NCBI RefSeq assembly: GCF_964213995.1
Contig: NC_135813.1
Coordinates: forward strand, 21,700,001 to 21,764,000
DNA from: Mustelus asterias
Lineage: Eukaryota
DNA length: 64,000 nucleotides
Direction of reading: 5' to 3'
A program made the translations under genes and the position numbers. Shown here one piece after another: positions 11,370 through 24,320 of this stretch. Every line of letters begins with the position of its first letter. Positions within the stretch are counted from its first letter, which is position 1. The notes under the pieces were generated by a model. That model saw nothing but the letters and a program-made list of their open reading frames with translations, was not told where the DNA came from and made no database searches.

Positions 11370-13330
11370 GCTGCAACTCCATGTAAGAATGTCCGTTATA
11401 TTGTTAAAGACCGATGTAAGATGTGTACTTCCAGTCTCCAGACTTCACTTCTTATTGTTATCATTGTCGGTCACTTTTTCAGGCAATGTTAAACTATGAA
11501 TCCACTTCGGCCTGCATGCTGATTGCATCCTCATGTCAACAGTGGTGCCGTAGGCCCCCTATTTCACTGCTTCTGAGCCTTTGCTAGGTAAATGAAACAT
11601 GTCACTTATTTGTTCCAGCCTCTTGTTTGCTCTGCTTTACTGCTTGTCAGCCAGATAATTTTTTTTTTTAAATGGTCCATTTTCTTACTGAACCCTACTA
11701 CTTTCAATTTTAGGCAGTCCTCAATTCTCCTGGGATTTGAAAGATACTCTGGAGATCAGGTTAACGAATTAATGTTAATGTATTACTGTGTTATTGATAT
11801 TCATCCGTGGTTTAATTAGCTGATCCCTGAAGTGATAGGGGCTCCTACAAAATGCATGAGCAGCTCGAATGGGAAAATTGATTGTGGTTCAAGTTGAAGA
11901 TTGCAAACCAGCACCCCCTGCTGGAAGTGTAGAGACATGACCAATATTGACTGTGATGGCTCTTGGGGTCAAATAGCCTGCCAACAGTCATCATCATGAC
12001 ACCTGCTTGCATCATGACCAACCATTTCACAATGGGACAGGCATCAAAAGGCACCCGGCTCCCAAGTCCTTGCAACTATCTTCCAGCAAAGAGTCCCCAG
12101 GTGAGAATAACTGAAGAGGAAGTTGGCCAGAAAGAAAAGTTAAACAAAGGATTACAGATCTAACTCCAATTTATTTTTCAGGACTTTAGCAATGCCAGTA
12201 TTGTACAATGTCTGTTGCAAAAGCAAAGGGTGTCAATGGGGTTGCATAAGTACATGGGACCTGAGCAAACCCATTCATAGTTTTATTTACATTTTGAGAG
12301 ACAACCCTGTCTTTCAGCCTCAATGGCTATTGTAAATAAATTAAAGCAAATAAGCTTGCAGGCAAAGCCTATATTTTCTCAAATTTATTGACTAGGAAAA
12401 TATATTATTGACAAGGATAATAGTATCTGACTATATGTCTCTTGGTTTGGTTTATCAAAGCTGTCAACAGGGTATTTGTTTTCCGTGATAGAATCTGTTA
12501 AGTGGCTGCATGACATACACTGATTTAGATTTGGGCCGAGATGAACATTTCCTCTCAGTGAGTACATTGTTACAGCAGGTTAAAGGTTACTGAACTGTGC
12601 TTGTTGGCTGTATTTTAAGATTGGTAAGGTAGTCAGTAGGTGTCAGTGGTCATGACCAGGTAATGAAAATTTCTGGTGACAAAAATGTTTTCAGTGAGGG
12701 GTCATCGCAAAGTTAATTTCTGCCATCTTTTCCCCACTCTAAATTCGACATTTGAATAGACTAGTGTGTGTGCGGGAAGGCTACGATTAATTTATTGGGT
12801 AACATAGCTGTTCAACCTAATAGATTTCAAAACAAAAAAGAACAGGAATGTCTTTGTCAATTGCTCAAAGTTACATTTAATGTATGCAGATATATTTCTG
12901 CTATATATTTCCTCAAACTATTAAAGTGAAGGATAAAAAGATAAATTATGAATGCTAAAAATCAGAAAATGATCTGAATCACACCAGAAATTTACCTTTC
13001 CAAGGTCTTGTCTGATTTCCGATGTATTTTCATTACTTTCTCCATTTATTAAAAGATAAAAACTGTTGTTGTAACTATTTCTGGATGAATGTTCACATTA
13101 AATTTCACTGCTTGTTACTTTAATAGAGGCATTTATTTTATATTTGTTAGTGTCTCCATTAATTCACCAGTGGAGAAGGCATCTAACATAGCCAAAAGAT
13201 GATTTTTAACCGATAAGGTTTATAACAATTTCACAAAGCAGCAAGTCACTCTGGCCTAGAAACTGGCATATGCCCGAATAAAGTGGCCCAAGGAAATTAA
13301 GAGTTTAGGCCTCTTCAACATACTGAGCTG

Positions 13331-13562
13331 AAAGTGAAAGCCGCCAAAGTCCCAGAGGACCATAGTTTGCTCTTCCCATTTATGAGAGCGCTGACTGGTG
13401 GTGATTTAACCTGAGGGTCTCCACTCCTCAGGCAAGGGGCACAGTTGAGAAGGTGGGGCCTTCATGAATAACCTCAGTTGGTACAGGAATTGAACACACG
13501 CTGTTGGTTTTGCTCCGCATCATGGACCAACCGTCCAGCCAACTGAGCTAACTAACCACCCC
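13331..13562 (-). mobile_element. tRNA-derived SINE
   Basis: Minus-strand head ttagctcagttggctggacgg (A box) ... gtgttcaattcc (B box) followed by a non-tRNA body. Confidence 0.75.
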
Positions 13563-13999
13563 AATGAGCTAGGGCACGGGTTGCATCTCCACAGGCACCA
13601 AAGCACTCTTGCTCCTCTTTGCTCTCTTGAAAGGGATTTTTTAAAAATAAAATCACTTGCCTTTTATTGGTGCTGAAGATTCCTGCCTCATTCATCATCA
13701 ACGTTTAAAAAGGAGTCCTTTAATAGGTTTAAGGACTGTAACTTAAATCTCCAAATATCCTTTTGCGTTAGGCATCCACCAGGTTTACTCAGAAATAAAT
13801 GTGTCACAATTTTAGCAGAGACCAATATCTGTGGAGATTAGGTGCAAGTTTTTACCCCTGCATGTTTGTTCATAAACCACTTTCGTTCTTTCAGCTGATA
13901 GCTATATAGTAAGATTAATTTTATAAATGAGCACTCCTGGCAGGGAGCCTCACCTGCCAGGACCACATGTCAGGCATTGTACATGTGTTCTCTACAATT

Positions 14000-15493
14000 T
14001 TTCACCTATGGATATTCCTTTGATGTTATTCTTGTACTTACTAGACCAAGTCATAGTTTACAAGTTGTGGCCTGACCAGACCACTGTGGCCTCAGATTTA
14101 TTTTACATTAATACACCATAATGTTTGTGCTATCACTCACAGATCTTTTTCAATCTGTCTCTACAATTCAATTCATATTAATACAAATCAATTCAACACC
14201 ATTCATTAGCAAGGAAGTAGGAGCTTGGAACTTCTTTGTCACTGGGATTGCGACCATCTGTTCAATTACTTCTATTCCTTCCCATCTTTCCATTGCTCAC
14301 CACCCCATAAACTCCCATCTGGCCTAGCAAAGAACCCACACTCTCTTCAGCAACTACTCCATACCCTCTGAACTCATGTTGTCTATGAGGCCCAACTCCT
14401 AGTTAGTTCTCGCCTCTTCCCCATCTACATGTTGTCCCTCTGCACATCTGCAGATTCTGAATCACCATCCACATGTATGCTGATGACAGCTAACTCCATC
14501 TCTCCTCTACTTCCTCTCAACTTCTCCACCATCCCTGCATCTTTAGATCATTTGCCCGATTGCCAATCTTGGTACTGCAATTTCTTTCAGTTAAATATTG
14601 GGAAAACTGAAACCATGGTTTTCAGCCGACCACAAACTTGATGTTCTTCCTAATTCCATACCCGAGTCAGGCTAAACCTGACAGAACACACCCCATCCAC
14701 CATCTTAAACTTTCACTCCTTCCATCACCGGTGCACCATGATACACCAATGCGTACCATCTGCAAGACGCACTGTAGCAATTTGCCAAGCCTTCTTTGAC
14801 AACATCTTCCAAAGCAGCAACTTTCATTTCCTCTGCATCAGAAAGATCACCCACTCCATCTCTGTAGCACTGCCCACATCCATACCTGGAACATTGTCTA
14901 CCACGGCTCCTACCTCAGCTCTTGTGCTGCTGAAACCTCATCCATTCACTTGTCATCTTCAAACTCAACTATCCCTATGCCATTCTGGCCTGCCTCCGTC
15001 ATAAGCATAAACGCATCCAAAACTCCGCTGTTTGTATCCTATCCTGCATTATCCCTTCACCCTGTTCTGACCTACATAGCTCTTGTCCATTCAACATGTT
15101 AAATTTAAAATTCTCCTGTTTAGTGTTAATATGTATTAATGATGTTGATACCATGTTTAAGACATTTCATCCCCTTGCCCTTCCTCATCCCAAATCTCTT
15201 ATAGCTTAACACACCCTCCAAAGAATCCTTTAACTCTGACCTTGTATCTCACATTCCTTCAGTCATCATTAATGGCTATCTACTAAGTCCGAAGCATTGG
15301 CATTTCTTCCTTATACTCTTCTGCCTCCCCACCCTTATGACCCTTGTTAAAACCGAGTAATTTCAGGAAACTTTTGACCACCCCTCCTTGTATCTCATAC
15401 TTTAACTCAATGTCTATTCTGACTACGGCGCTGTGCAAAACTTTCAGACAGTTATTTATGGTGAAATGGTTATATAATTGCAAATCGTTGTTG
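14000..15493 (+). mobile_element. old L2 LINE remnant
   Basis: C/T-rich; cacatgtatgctgatgac (HMYADD), FFQLNIGKTE; L2-type tail ttatataattgcaaatcgttgttg. Confidence 0.75.
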
Positions 15494-16219
15494 ATCCTCT
15501 TAAAAAGCATGATCCTACTTTAACTTGCAATGTTCTTGCACCTACATGAAACAAATTTCAACTATTACAATGCTGCCCACTTGAAAATTTGTTCCATATT
15601 CTTGCAACTCATTGGATATTTTATTAGACTTGTTTGTCCCACCCGGAGACTGATTATCATTTATAAATCTGATCAATTTGCATTGTATTACCAAATCCAG
15701 GTCACTGGAAATAGTAAGAGCCCCATAACTCATCTCCAAGTCACTTTGCTTCAGGTGTCTTCCAAACTAGCATTGCTCTGCTACCGAGGACCTATTGAAA
15801 TTTGGACATTCGTAACAATGAGACTTTCTCAAATGGCAAACACTACAAGTGGGTTATAACCTTGAACATACTGCTACCCATCTGCTATTTTCTGCCCAAC
15901 CAGGGAAACCCACTGAATTGATACATCCCCTATCATTTTGGGTACTTCCACAAAAATATTGCCACGAGCAGTACAATATGTACTTCTTTCTGATTCAAAC
16001 GGAACAAAATATTCAAAACCTATACTGTATGCACAAACTAAAAATTAATGTCATAATGAGCATGTCACTAAAAAACCTAAAGCCCTGGGGCCTCCTTCAC
16101 CCCACATGCAATAACAGCCTGCAGCAAAATCCAATACTTACCTTGGTTTTGAGTCGGGAATTACAGTTCACGGTAAGATTTGGGTCTTCTGCGCATATGC
16201 CAGCAGGGAAATAGTCGCA

Positions 16220-17209
16220 CAAGTGTGGTTAGTGGATTTTATGTTCTTCAGGCCAGGAACCAAGGAAAAATACAAGTGAAATGGCTCAAAACTGCAATTC
16301 CGGTAACCTGAAACAAAGCGCCATTCCTGAGGAAGTGTCTCAGGGAGCAGGACAAGGGAAGGACAGGGAGAGGGTCCCAAACCACGGAGAGGGTCCCAAA
16401 CCAGGTATTGGGGCAGACAGAGGTGCCAGAAGAAAGTGATCAGTGACAGATGCCATTGAGTCAACATAAACAACAGAAGCAGAGATAAAGGCTCCAAGTT
16501 AAAGGAAGAGCTGCAGGGAGCAAACTTGAAGCAAAGTGGGCTTGAGAGAAGCCCAGAAGATCTGAGCCAGTAGCCTAAGATTGTCACTCCATGGAGTAGT
16601 GCTGTTTCGCTTGACACAGCCAAAAACCTCAAAGTGTGCTTGGAAGGTGAAGCTTGAGTGTACTCAGAAATCCAGGAGGAAGGAAACTCGGAAGGAGCGA
16701 TTGAAACACTGGAGGTGGGTCCTTGTTGAAGCTGTCCGAGTGGGAGTGACACTTGAAGAGAATTCCAAGGCGGGTTCTTCAAATGTGGAGAATGGAAACC
16801 CTCATGAGAAAAACAAGAGACCTGTTGGCTCATAATGTGACAAATGGGTGGGATGTTGAAAAATCCATAGAAACTGTTTTGGTCTTATTTGTCATTTACT
16901 TTGGAGTTATTTTATATGTGTCTGTAGAGATACTGCTTGGGCAAAAGGAAGAGTGAATATTGGAATCATCTTCTTGTGTTTGTATTGAGAAATTTTCCAA
17001 CCTTTTTGTCTTGTGTAATATAATTCATTTTTCTTATTTAATAAATGTTTTATTCTGTGTGTTAAAAGTTCATCAGCAGACTCCTGTGAACTTTTTTTCA
17101 GTTACTTGCCTCCATGGTTTCTTAAAAAAAACAAAGTTAGGATCTATCAAGCCAGGTTTCACTCTGGGATCTGACTTGTCCACTATTAACATCAACTGAG
17201 ATTGTAACA
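16220..17209 (+). mobile_element. putative solo LTR (Gypsy-like)
   Basis: Ends gagattgtaaca; AATAAA near 17040; purine-rich U3-like body; 5' end and TSD not resolved. Confidence 0.45.
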
Positions 17210-17667
17210 ATGGCCTGAAGGATTCCAACATGAAATGTTATATTTTCATGTGGCACATGTTCTGTTACTTCTCTTCAGTTACAAATAAATTTTATAAATT
17301 GTCACAGTACTGCCCATTGTGCAGCAAATCTCTTAAAATGAGGACACAAAGAACCTTAAGCATGGGAAAAGGCTATCTGGCCCAGCAAGACTGCTTCATT
17401 TTAGTTGCAAACAATCACATCTTCCTGCAGGTATGAAAGATGTTTCCTGCACCAATAATCTTATCAAGGTCTTTGTTCAAAATAACCAAGCATTAGTCAC
17501 CCTCAGGCTTAACTTTCCAGCATCTTGATGGGTCGCCTAATGTCTTCAAACCATGTGGTGTATAAATACCAAAACCCACTGTCCACATACCATCCAATAT
17601 AAGGTATTTATCAGGTAATGTCCTAGCCCTCACTGCTTTTCATTTGTTTCCTATCACCAACATAATT

Positions 17668-18290
17668 GGCTGAATTTTGCCATTTTTTGGTAAAGTGTGA
17701 GGGAAAAGCAGTGTGTAGCTCACCGGCTTTTGCCACCATATTTTCAAACACTTTGCCAAAAAAAGAAAAGGTGGCACGTCCCATGATGTCACACTGTTGG
17801 AGGGGGTTCTGATGAGCCCACCCCACCAGCAACTACAGCTCCCAAAGGGCAGCCCAAAGTAAAAAGAATAATTAAAATAGAAAACAAACAAGGACCCCAT
17901 TGAAATGAGATCCTCCTCCCAACCACTCCCCCCTTGCCACTGCCAGGGGTGCAGTGCCAGGGAAAGTGTCAGGCTACTTCCCAGGCATGACCCTCTTACT
18001 CTGGGAGCTGCATTTATCTATGAGAAGCCCCTGTAAGTATATGATAATGTATTATAATGGTGCTCCTGTAATTGCATGGCAGGATCCCCAATATTCTTGC
18101 TAGTCCCCCCTGATACTGAGGGGCAATTTAACATGGCCAATCCACCTAACAAACACATCTTTGGACTATTGTTATGTTACTGGTGTGGGGCAGGGACAAT
18201 TGAGTAGGGAAATCCCACTGGTGTGGGAAAGCCATTTTGGGACTGTGCCCCTGCTGCCAATCCTGCCCACCAAATACTGGGGGGCTCACA
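17668..18290. mobile_element. degenerate non-autonomous Harbinger-like element containing a SINE fragment (18110-18166)
   Basis: Starts ggctgaattttgcc (same TIR type as the MITEs); GC-rich interior resembles 33787-34455. Confidence 0.4.
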
Positions 18291-21200
18291 ACTGCTGCTC
18301 TTCTGAAGGTTAGACTGCAATGTGTTTCACCCCATTAAACTTAACGCCATCATTGATGGAAATGCCTTTAGCCATTATGGCAGAGCAACATTCTGTTATT
18401 TCCTTCCTAAACCTTCTGCCTTGCTCAGACTCCCAGATCTTCAAAAAGCTTCAGTACCTAATTTTCAATTACATCTTTGGTTACCTCGCCCATCTTCTCT
18501 CAATATCATCTTGATATTCAATCTATCCCCTTTGTGAAGTGTTTTAGGTTGTTTCATAAGACCTTATTGCTGTTCCTTTAATATTGTTTGATTTAACAAA
18601 TATTATGGTAAAAGTACTACATACGCAAAAACAATTAAGAGTCATGCAGTTTCCATACACTACAGTAAAATATTGCAAACATTATGCATTTTCAATATAA
18701 CTTTGCCGTCATCGAACAGGTTGCAAATATCAGTTCCTAAATAAGTTTGTTAATTAGTTCAAATGAACTTACACCTACCCACACAGCTTTCCAAGCTTAA
18801 GTGAATTGTGCACTGTAATTTTATAATTCAATGGGAAATCCTTTTTGGCATTCACAATTCATCATGCAAAAACTGAAACTAGTCGTGGATCTAAGCTGAA
18901 AATAGACAATTAACCATTTAAGGAAGCAAGTGAAATCAGTAAGTCCTTCCTACACAGACTTTCTTTACAGTTCACGATGAAAAATTCTTCCATTCATTCC
19001 CTCTCCACTCGACTTGGTTAATTATTTCTTTTGTATTATCTGCGTTTTTAAAAAAAACCTTATCTGCCATTCTGTCAGTTTGTAACCAGGACTTATCTTC
19101 TATGAGGTCACCTGACCAAAAGAGCCAATCAAATATTTAGAACAGTCCCTTATTCCTCTGATTAACCCCCATCATGATCTGGCCTGTGCAGTTTACTGCA
19201 GCACTGACACACATCCTGATCAGAGTTCAGTAACAAGCATACCATCTTAGTTTTCCAACTCATTTGATTTCTTTTTAATAGAAAGATTTTTAAAAAACTA
19301 GACCAGAGCCAAAACTGTTTGGAGTGAATTCTCTGAAAGGAGTAATGTCTGGTAGTTCTTCTTTGGTTGCTCCCTGCAGTTCCATCAAGCAAACTGCTCC
19401 AGATACATGTAAGTATTTTCAAACATTTATTAAGGTTTGATGTGTTACATAGAAGACTTGAAACATTAGAGTTCTGGTTAAATAAACAAGTTTGTGATAC
19501 TGCACTCTGAGATTATAAAATCGTGTTTTGGTAGCAGATTATCTTTGAATTACAGAACATTTTATACTCAAGTATGTCAAAGTTTATGAAAAGTAGAACT
19601 GAATTTTGGAATAGTAGGATGTCTGGGACGGTGACAAACATAGAGATTATTCATTTTTAAGCCATTATCATGATAGTAAACATATTTTATAAAGATACTC
19701 CAGGAACATTGCCAGTCCAAGTATAGACAAAAATAAATAAAATTAAACCTGAATGATCTATTTCAATCTTACCTGGCAAGATAAGTAGTGGCAAAATGTA
19801 AGATACTTTGATTCTGAAAGTGAACTTTGGAAAGAAATGGATCATTAATAGAAAGATTGAAAGAACCAGCTATGCTTTTGGAAGCAGACATAATGTTGTC
19901 AAAATGTTAGATTTGAGAACTGTGTCACATAATACATAATAGACTCACAAATTCATACTGTACAAATCATCTCATTTACAAAGAAATGTAGTTTTCACTA
20001 TTGTACAGTTTAGTTTAAGTGACACTATGGAACTTGGAAGAATTAAATTTGCTTTGCATGTTTAAAATTGTTCCAAAAGTTTCTTTAATATTGTCCTTAT
20101 AAAAATATATATAGTTATGCAGACATAAACAATGCCAATGAAGTTTTAACACGGCTTTGGACATGTTTCAAATGTCTTTTGTTTAAAACTCCAACTTTTA
20201 GAATGCTCAGGCACTTTGTATTAATATGCAAATAGTACATGTTTGCCACTTGCTTGTTTTTTTAAGAAGGAAAATTACATTGCAATAGCAGTAGCAAAAA
20301 TGAATCAATAGAAAACACATTCTTGAAAAAAGGATTAACAGTGTACATTTTTAGAGAACTATATGTACAGCACCAATAAATAACATACTTTAAACATAGT
20401 TGTCACAAGTCAACTTTGTTATAAATATACTGTTTCAAAAGAGTACTTAAAATAATTATAAATAGGTAAGCAGATAATCAAATGCTTTTAACCTGCTACA
20501 GATATTCAAATAAGTAAAAAGGACAAATGTAAGTGATCACCATTTGTTTTACATGAGCTCAGAAACAGATTAAATTATGTAATATATTGCCAAATTACTT
20601 TATTATGGAGGTCCAAGGAATTTATACTTGTTGAACTCATGCATTTTTCAGGACATTTTTGTATTTGCTTTAAAGAAACCATTTACAATGTTGATTTGAG
20701 AGGTTCTGTTATTTGTCATGCACAACCAGATATATCAGAGTTAACAACTCAAGAAAGTAGTTTTAAAAGATGAATGCCCTCTATGCTTCACAATATGTTT
20801 ATTGTTTACAAATATTTCTTAAAGTAGAAATGCTTGTTCTGGGTTAATGGAGCCTCAAGTTACAACATTTCAAGGATATTGGGGTGGTTGTGATTAAATT
20901 TGAACTCCCAAAGGTATTGTTTACATTGAATCTTTTTATTGAAGAGGTGGGGAGGGTTATTTGTTGTGCATGTTCAACATAACACATCATACCTCATAAA
21001 TTGTGTTTGGAAATAATAAATCTTAAGTTTGATCAAAATGCATCTCCTTATTGTGAGATTGAATATCTCTGTATTACACGTATAATCAGTAGAAGAGTAT
21101 CTATTAGATGCCTCATATTCTACCCAAACTTTACATCTTTATTCAAATAGATGTATTCAATACTGAAGAAAATGTCAGTATTTAATTTTGCAGCACATAT

Positions 21201-23624
21201 TTTCCAAATACAGTTGTATTAAACTATTCTCAAATTATTATAAACACTTACATGCATATTCATGTTTATTTAAAATTTAATTTTGTGGGAGACCAACACA
21301 GGGAGGAGCGATCAGTGTCTTTCTAACATAGTAGGAAATGCACAGTGGATTACTGTTATGTAAGAAGTGTACTAAAAATATTAGCAGTAGTTATGCAATG
21401 AGATTCTGTTAGCGACTGGTCCTGTGCAAAGCTCTCACATCTCTATTACGTGCTTGGTTTTAAAAAAAAGACTTCAAACATATTTTGACAGTCAATTTTT
21501 AAACAGAATTGGAAAGATAACTGCACAGAAATTTCTGACCAGGCTTTGTATTCTCTGAGGGAAATAATTTAACTATAATTTGTGAATGAATTACCACTGA
21601 GCTACATTGACATGAGAATGCTGCACTTAATGTACTGTAGCAACTGAGCTGATTAACATTTCAGAGTTCACTGGGATAAAAGATTTTTGGTTTCCCAGCT
21701 GCAACTACATCAGTGTCCCTTGTTTATCCTGTTTATAAAATTACATCAATAACAGGATTTTCAACAAATAAATATATGTTTATTTAAAAGTTAATGCTAA
21801 TAGTTACATTTCATGAAATTAGTTTGCTAAAAGTTTTGTGATCATTTTAAAATATATACAAATATTATATAAATACAGCATTACTACGTTATCCTACTCA
21901 GAGCTGTGAACCAATTGTTGTGAAATGCACATTTCCTTTTTCAAAAGATTTGTTGTATGAAGAGCTTTGAAGTTTGACTGAAATGTGATTATTTTTATTT
22001 CCATTACCTTTTTTGATATACAGGAAAGTTTGAAATGTGGAGGAGTCCCTGCTTACATGTGTAGTCATTGTCTTTTCAACCACCCTCTGTTACCAACATG
22101 TATTAAGTGAATGATTTTGCAAAAAGATTAACTAAAATTATTAGCAAATATTCTGATAAATCCCTTAATCTGTTTGAAGCAGCAGTTTAAGTTTGTCTCA
22201 AGGATATTTGAAAACATTCTATACTAAGCTGTCCCTTCTCTACTAATGATGCACCTAGAGTAATTACTGATCATGTTCATATTATCAAACATGAGTTCAA
22301 AATTACCTGGTTGAAGATTATGTCCAATGTATTGCTGGTTCTGGCTCTTCTTAATTCTTTCAAAAATACCTAAAATAAATAGTAACTCTTATTTTTTTTA
22401 AATATAAAAGATAATGCATTAGGGATGAGAACAACAACAGCTGTTGGAATGTTGCAGTGGCAACATTCATGTTTCTGTGCTGATGATCTAACTCGATGCT
22501 TGTAGTTCTGGGGGACAGAGATGGGAGACAAAGGCAGACAGAAGAAGAGAGGCCACTGAGACAGAATCAGAAGTGAAATGAAAACAGCATCCAGATACTT
22601 CAGGAATAAAGCCAAAAGATAGAGCAGGACAAAGCTCAGGATATTACAGAGCCAGCAAAATAGAAAAATGTAAATAAAGACACAATAGATGAACTGAAAG
22701 AAAGTCAAAAATAAAGAGAAATAAAACAAAGCGAAGAAAATAAAAGTAATGGAAAAAATAGATAAGGAATTAAAAGGCAGAAGCAACAAAAGAACACAAT
22801 AAACGTTTTTTTAAAACAGAGCGATAGCTAAATATATTGTAAGCAAAGGGAGAAATGAAAGAGTGAATCTCAGGAAGAAAGCAGATTCATGAGAAGAAAG
22901 AAACACGAGAGGGAAGAAATTAAAAAGTATCATCACAGAAAGGTATAAATTACTTGACAGCCACAGACTTGTTTATTAAATATTTCAAGAATTTTAAAAT
23001 GTATTTGCCTTATTACCCCCTCATCAATCATAGGACCATTAACACAGCATTTAATGAATAATAGATAACAACCTTACAGTTCTGTTGACTTTAAAAAACT
23101 TGTCATTTTCATGAACTAGCATTGAAAGTTGAAAATCTGTGAAATTCTTTACAAAAAAGTGTTTGCTAGGTATCAAGATAAATGCCAAGCACAACTAAGA
23201 GTATAAAACAAAAATTATAATCTTATACCTAAATTGTAATATCTACTGACTGTGACCAATCCTGGGGATTAGCTGCACATTCAGGATCAGTGGTATTCTT
23301 TTAGCAATATCAAAAGACATCATTTGTACCGTGTTGTAAATGTCATTACAAATCATTGGTGATGTCAAAAACAAGACTCAGAGGTCAAACCACCCTCAAA
23401 GAACTAACCAGTTCTTCTTTAAGAAAACTCCAAGGAAAGAAAGCCATTTTAAAACTTAATTTAAATGTTCACATGTGAAATCATCAGAATAATTAGTTTA
23501 GAAACTAGTCTTGTTCTTCCCATCCACTATTCTCCATCAATCCACAGCCCTTACTTCAATATGAAATTGGTCCTCCTCGTGTTTTTTTTAAATTTCCAAA
23601 TCATTCTAGAATTCAGATTTTAAA

Positions 23625-23955
23625 ATAATCAGGAAATAAAAACGGTATCAGTAAAAGTGGCTATGAAACTATCAGATTGTCATAAAAATCCAACCAGTTT
23701 ACATGTGCGTTAGGGAAGAAAATTGCTGTCCTTATGGAGTCTGGATCATGTGAGGTTTGATCCATATCAATCTCGTTGACTCCTAGTCGCCTTCTAAACG
23801 GCAAGACATTCAGCAGTATCAAAATAGAAGACCTATTCCAAATTTGTCAGAGCAACTAGTGACAGGCAATGTTCAAAATGAAAGGCATATTCCCACTTTC
23901 TGAGAGCAACTAGTGACAGGCAATTAATGTTGGCCTTGCCACATCCCAAGAACCA
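23625..23955 (+). mobile_element. old copy of the tRNA-headed short retroelement
   Basis: tagggaagaaaattgctgtcctta and ttgactcct match the LINE 5' region; gcaactagtgacaggcaattaatgttggccttgcc matches the LINE tail. Confidence 0.6.
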
Positions 23956-24139
23956 ACCCCTGGTGTGATTTTCTTTTTATGCTGTGCTTGAGTGTGGGCC
24001 ATTGGAGAATAAAATGCATGTCTACTTACTCAACTGTAGCAAGGAATAAATGTCAGGAACAATGTCACAGTGACCACCTGAGCGCAAGGTACAAGAAATA
24101 AATACTATTTAAAGCCACTACACTTCATTTCTAAGAATT

Positions 24140-24320
24140 CAAAGCCCGCCTGACGCTCAGCTCAGATATTGAGCGCTCAATCAGAGCCAGCTGGCAGTCG
24201 GTCGCGAGCTGCACGCTGATTGGCCCCCAAATGTATCAGTGAGCGCGGCCGGGGAGAAACCTGGCGCCTGATTGGTGCATGGGGCTGTCAGTCACGGCGG
24301 CAGCCATCCAATCAGGACGG
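24140..24320. promoter_or_regulatory. promoter module: GC box, three CCAAT boxes, PBX-PREP decamer
   Basis: gcccgcc 24144; ATTGG 24219-24223 and 24271-24275; CCAAT 24308-24312; ctgtcagtca (TGACTGACAG on minus) 24285-24294; start of the CpG-rich domain. Confidence 0.7.

Noticed and set aside
16168-16833. 221-aa minus-strand ORF
   Set aside because: Antisense reading of an LTR-like repeat; Ser/Leu/Pro-biased with no domain
22370-22789. 139-aa hydrophobic minus-strand ORF resembling a membrane protein
   Set aside because: Product of a low-complexity A/G-rich tract; non-ATG start; no family motif
1-24000. Terminal exons of nr6a1, the usual upstream neighbour
   Set aside because: No recognisable NR6A1 coding sequence seen
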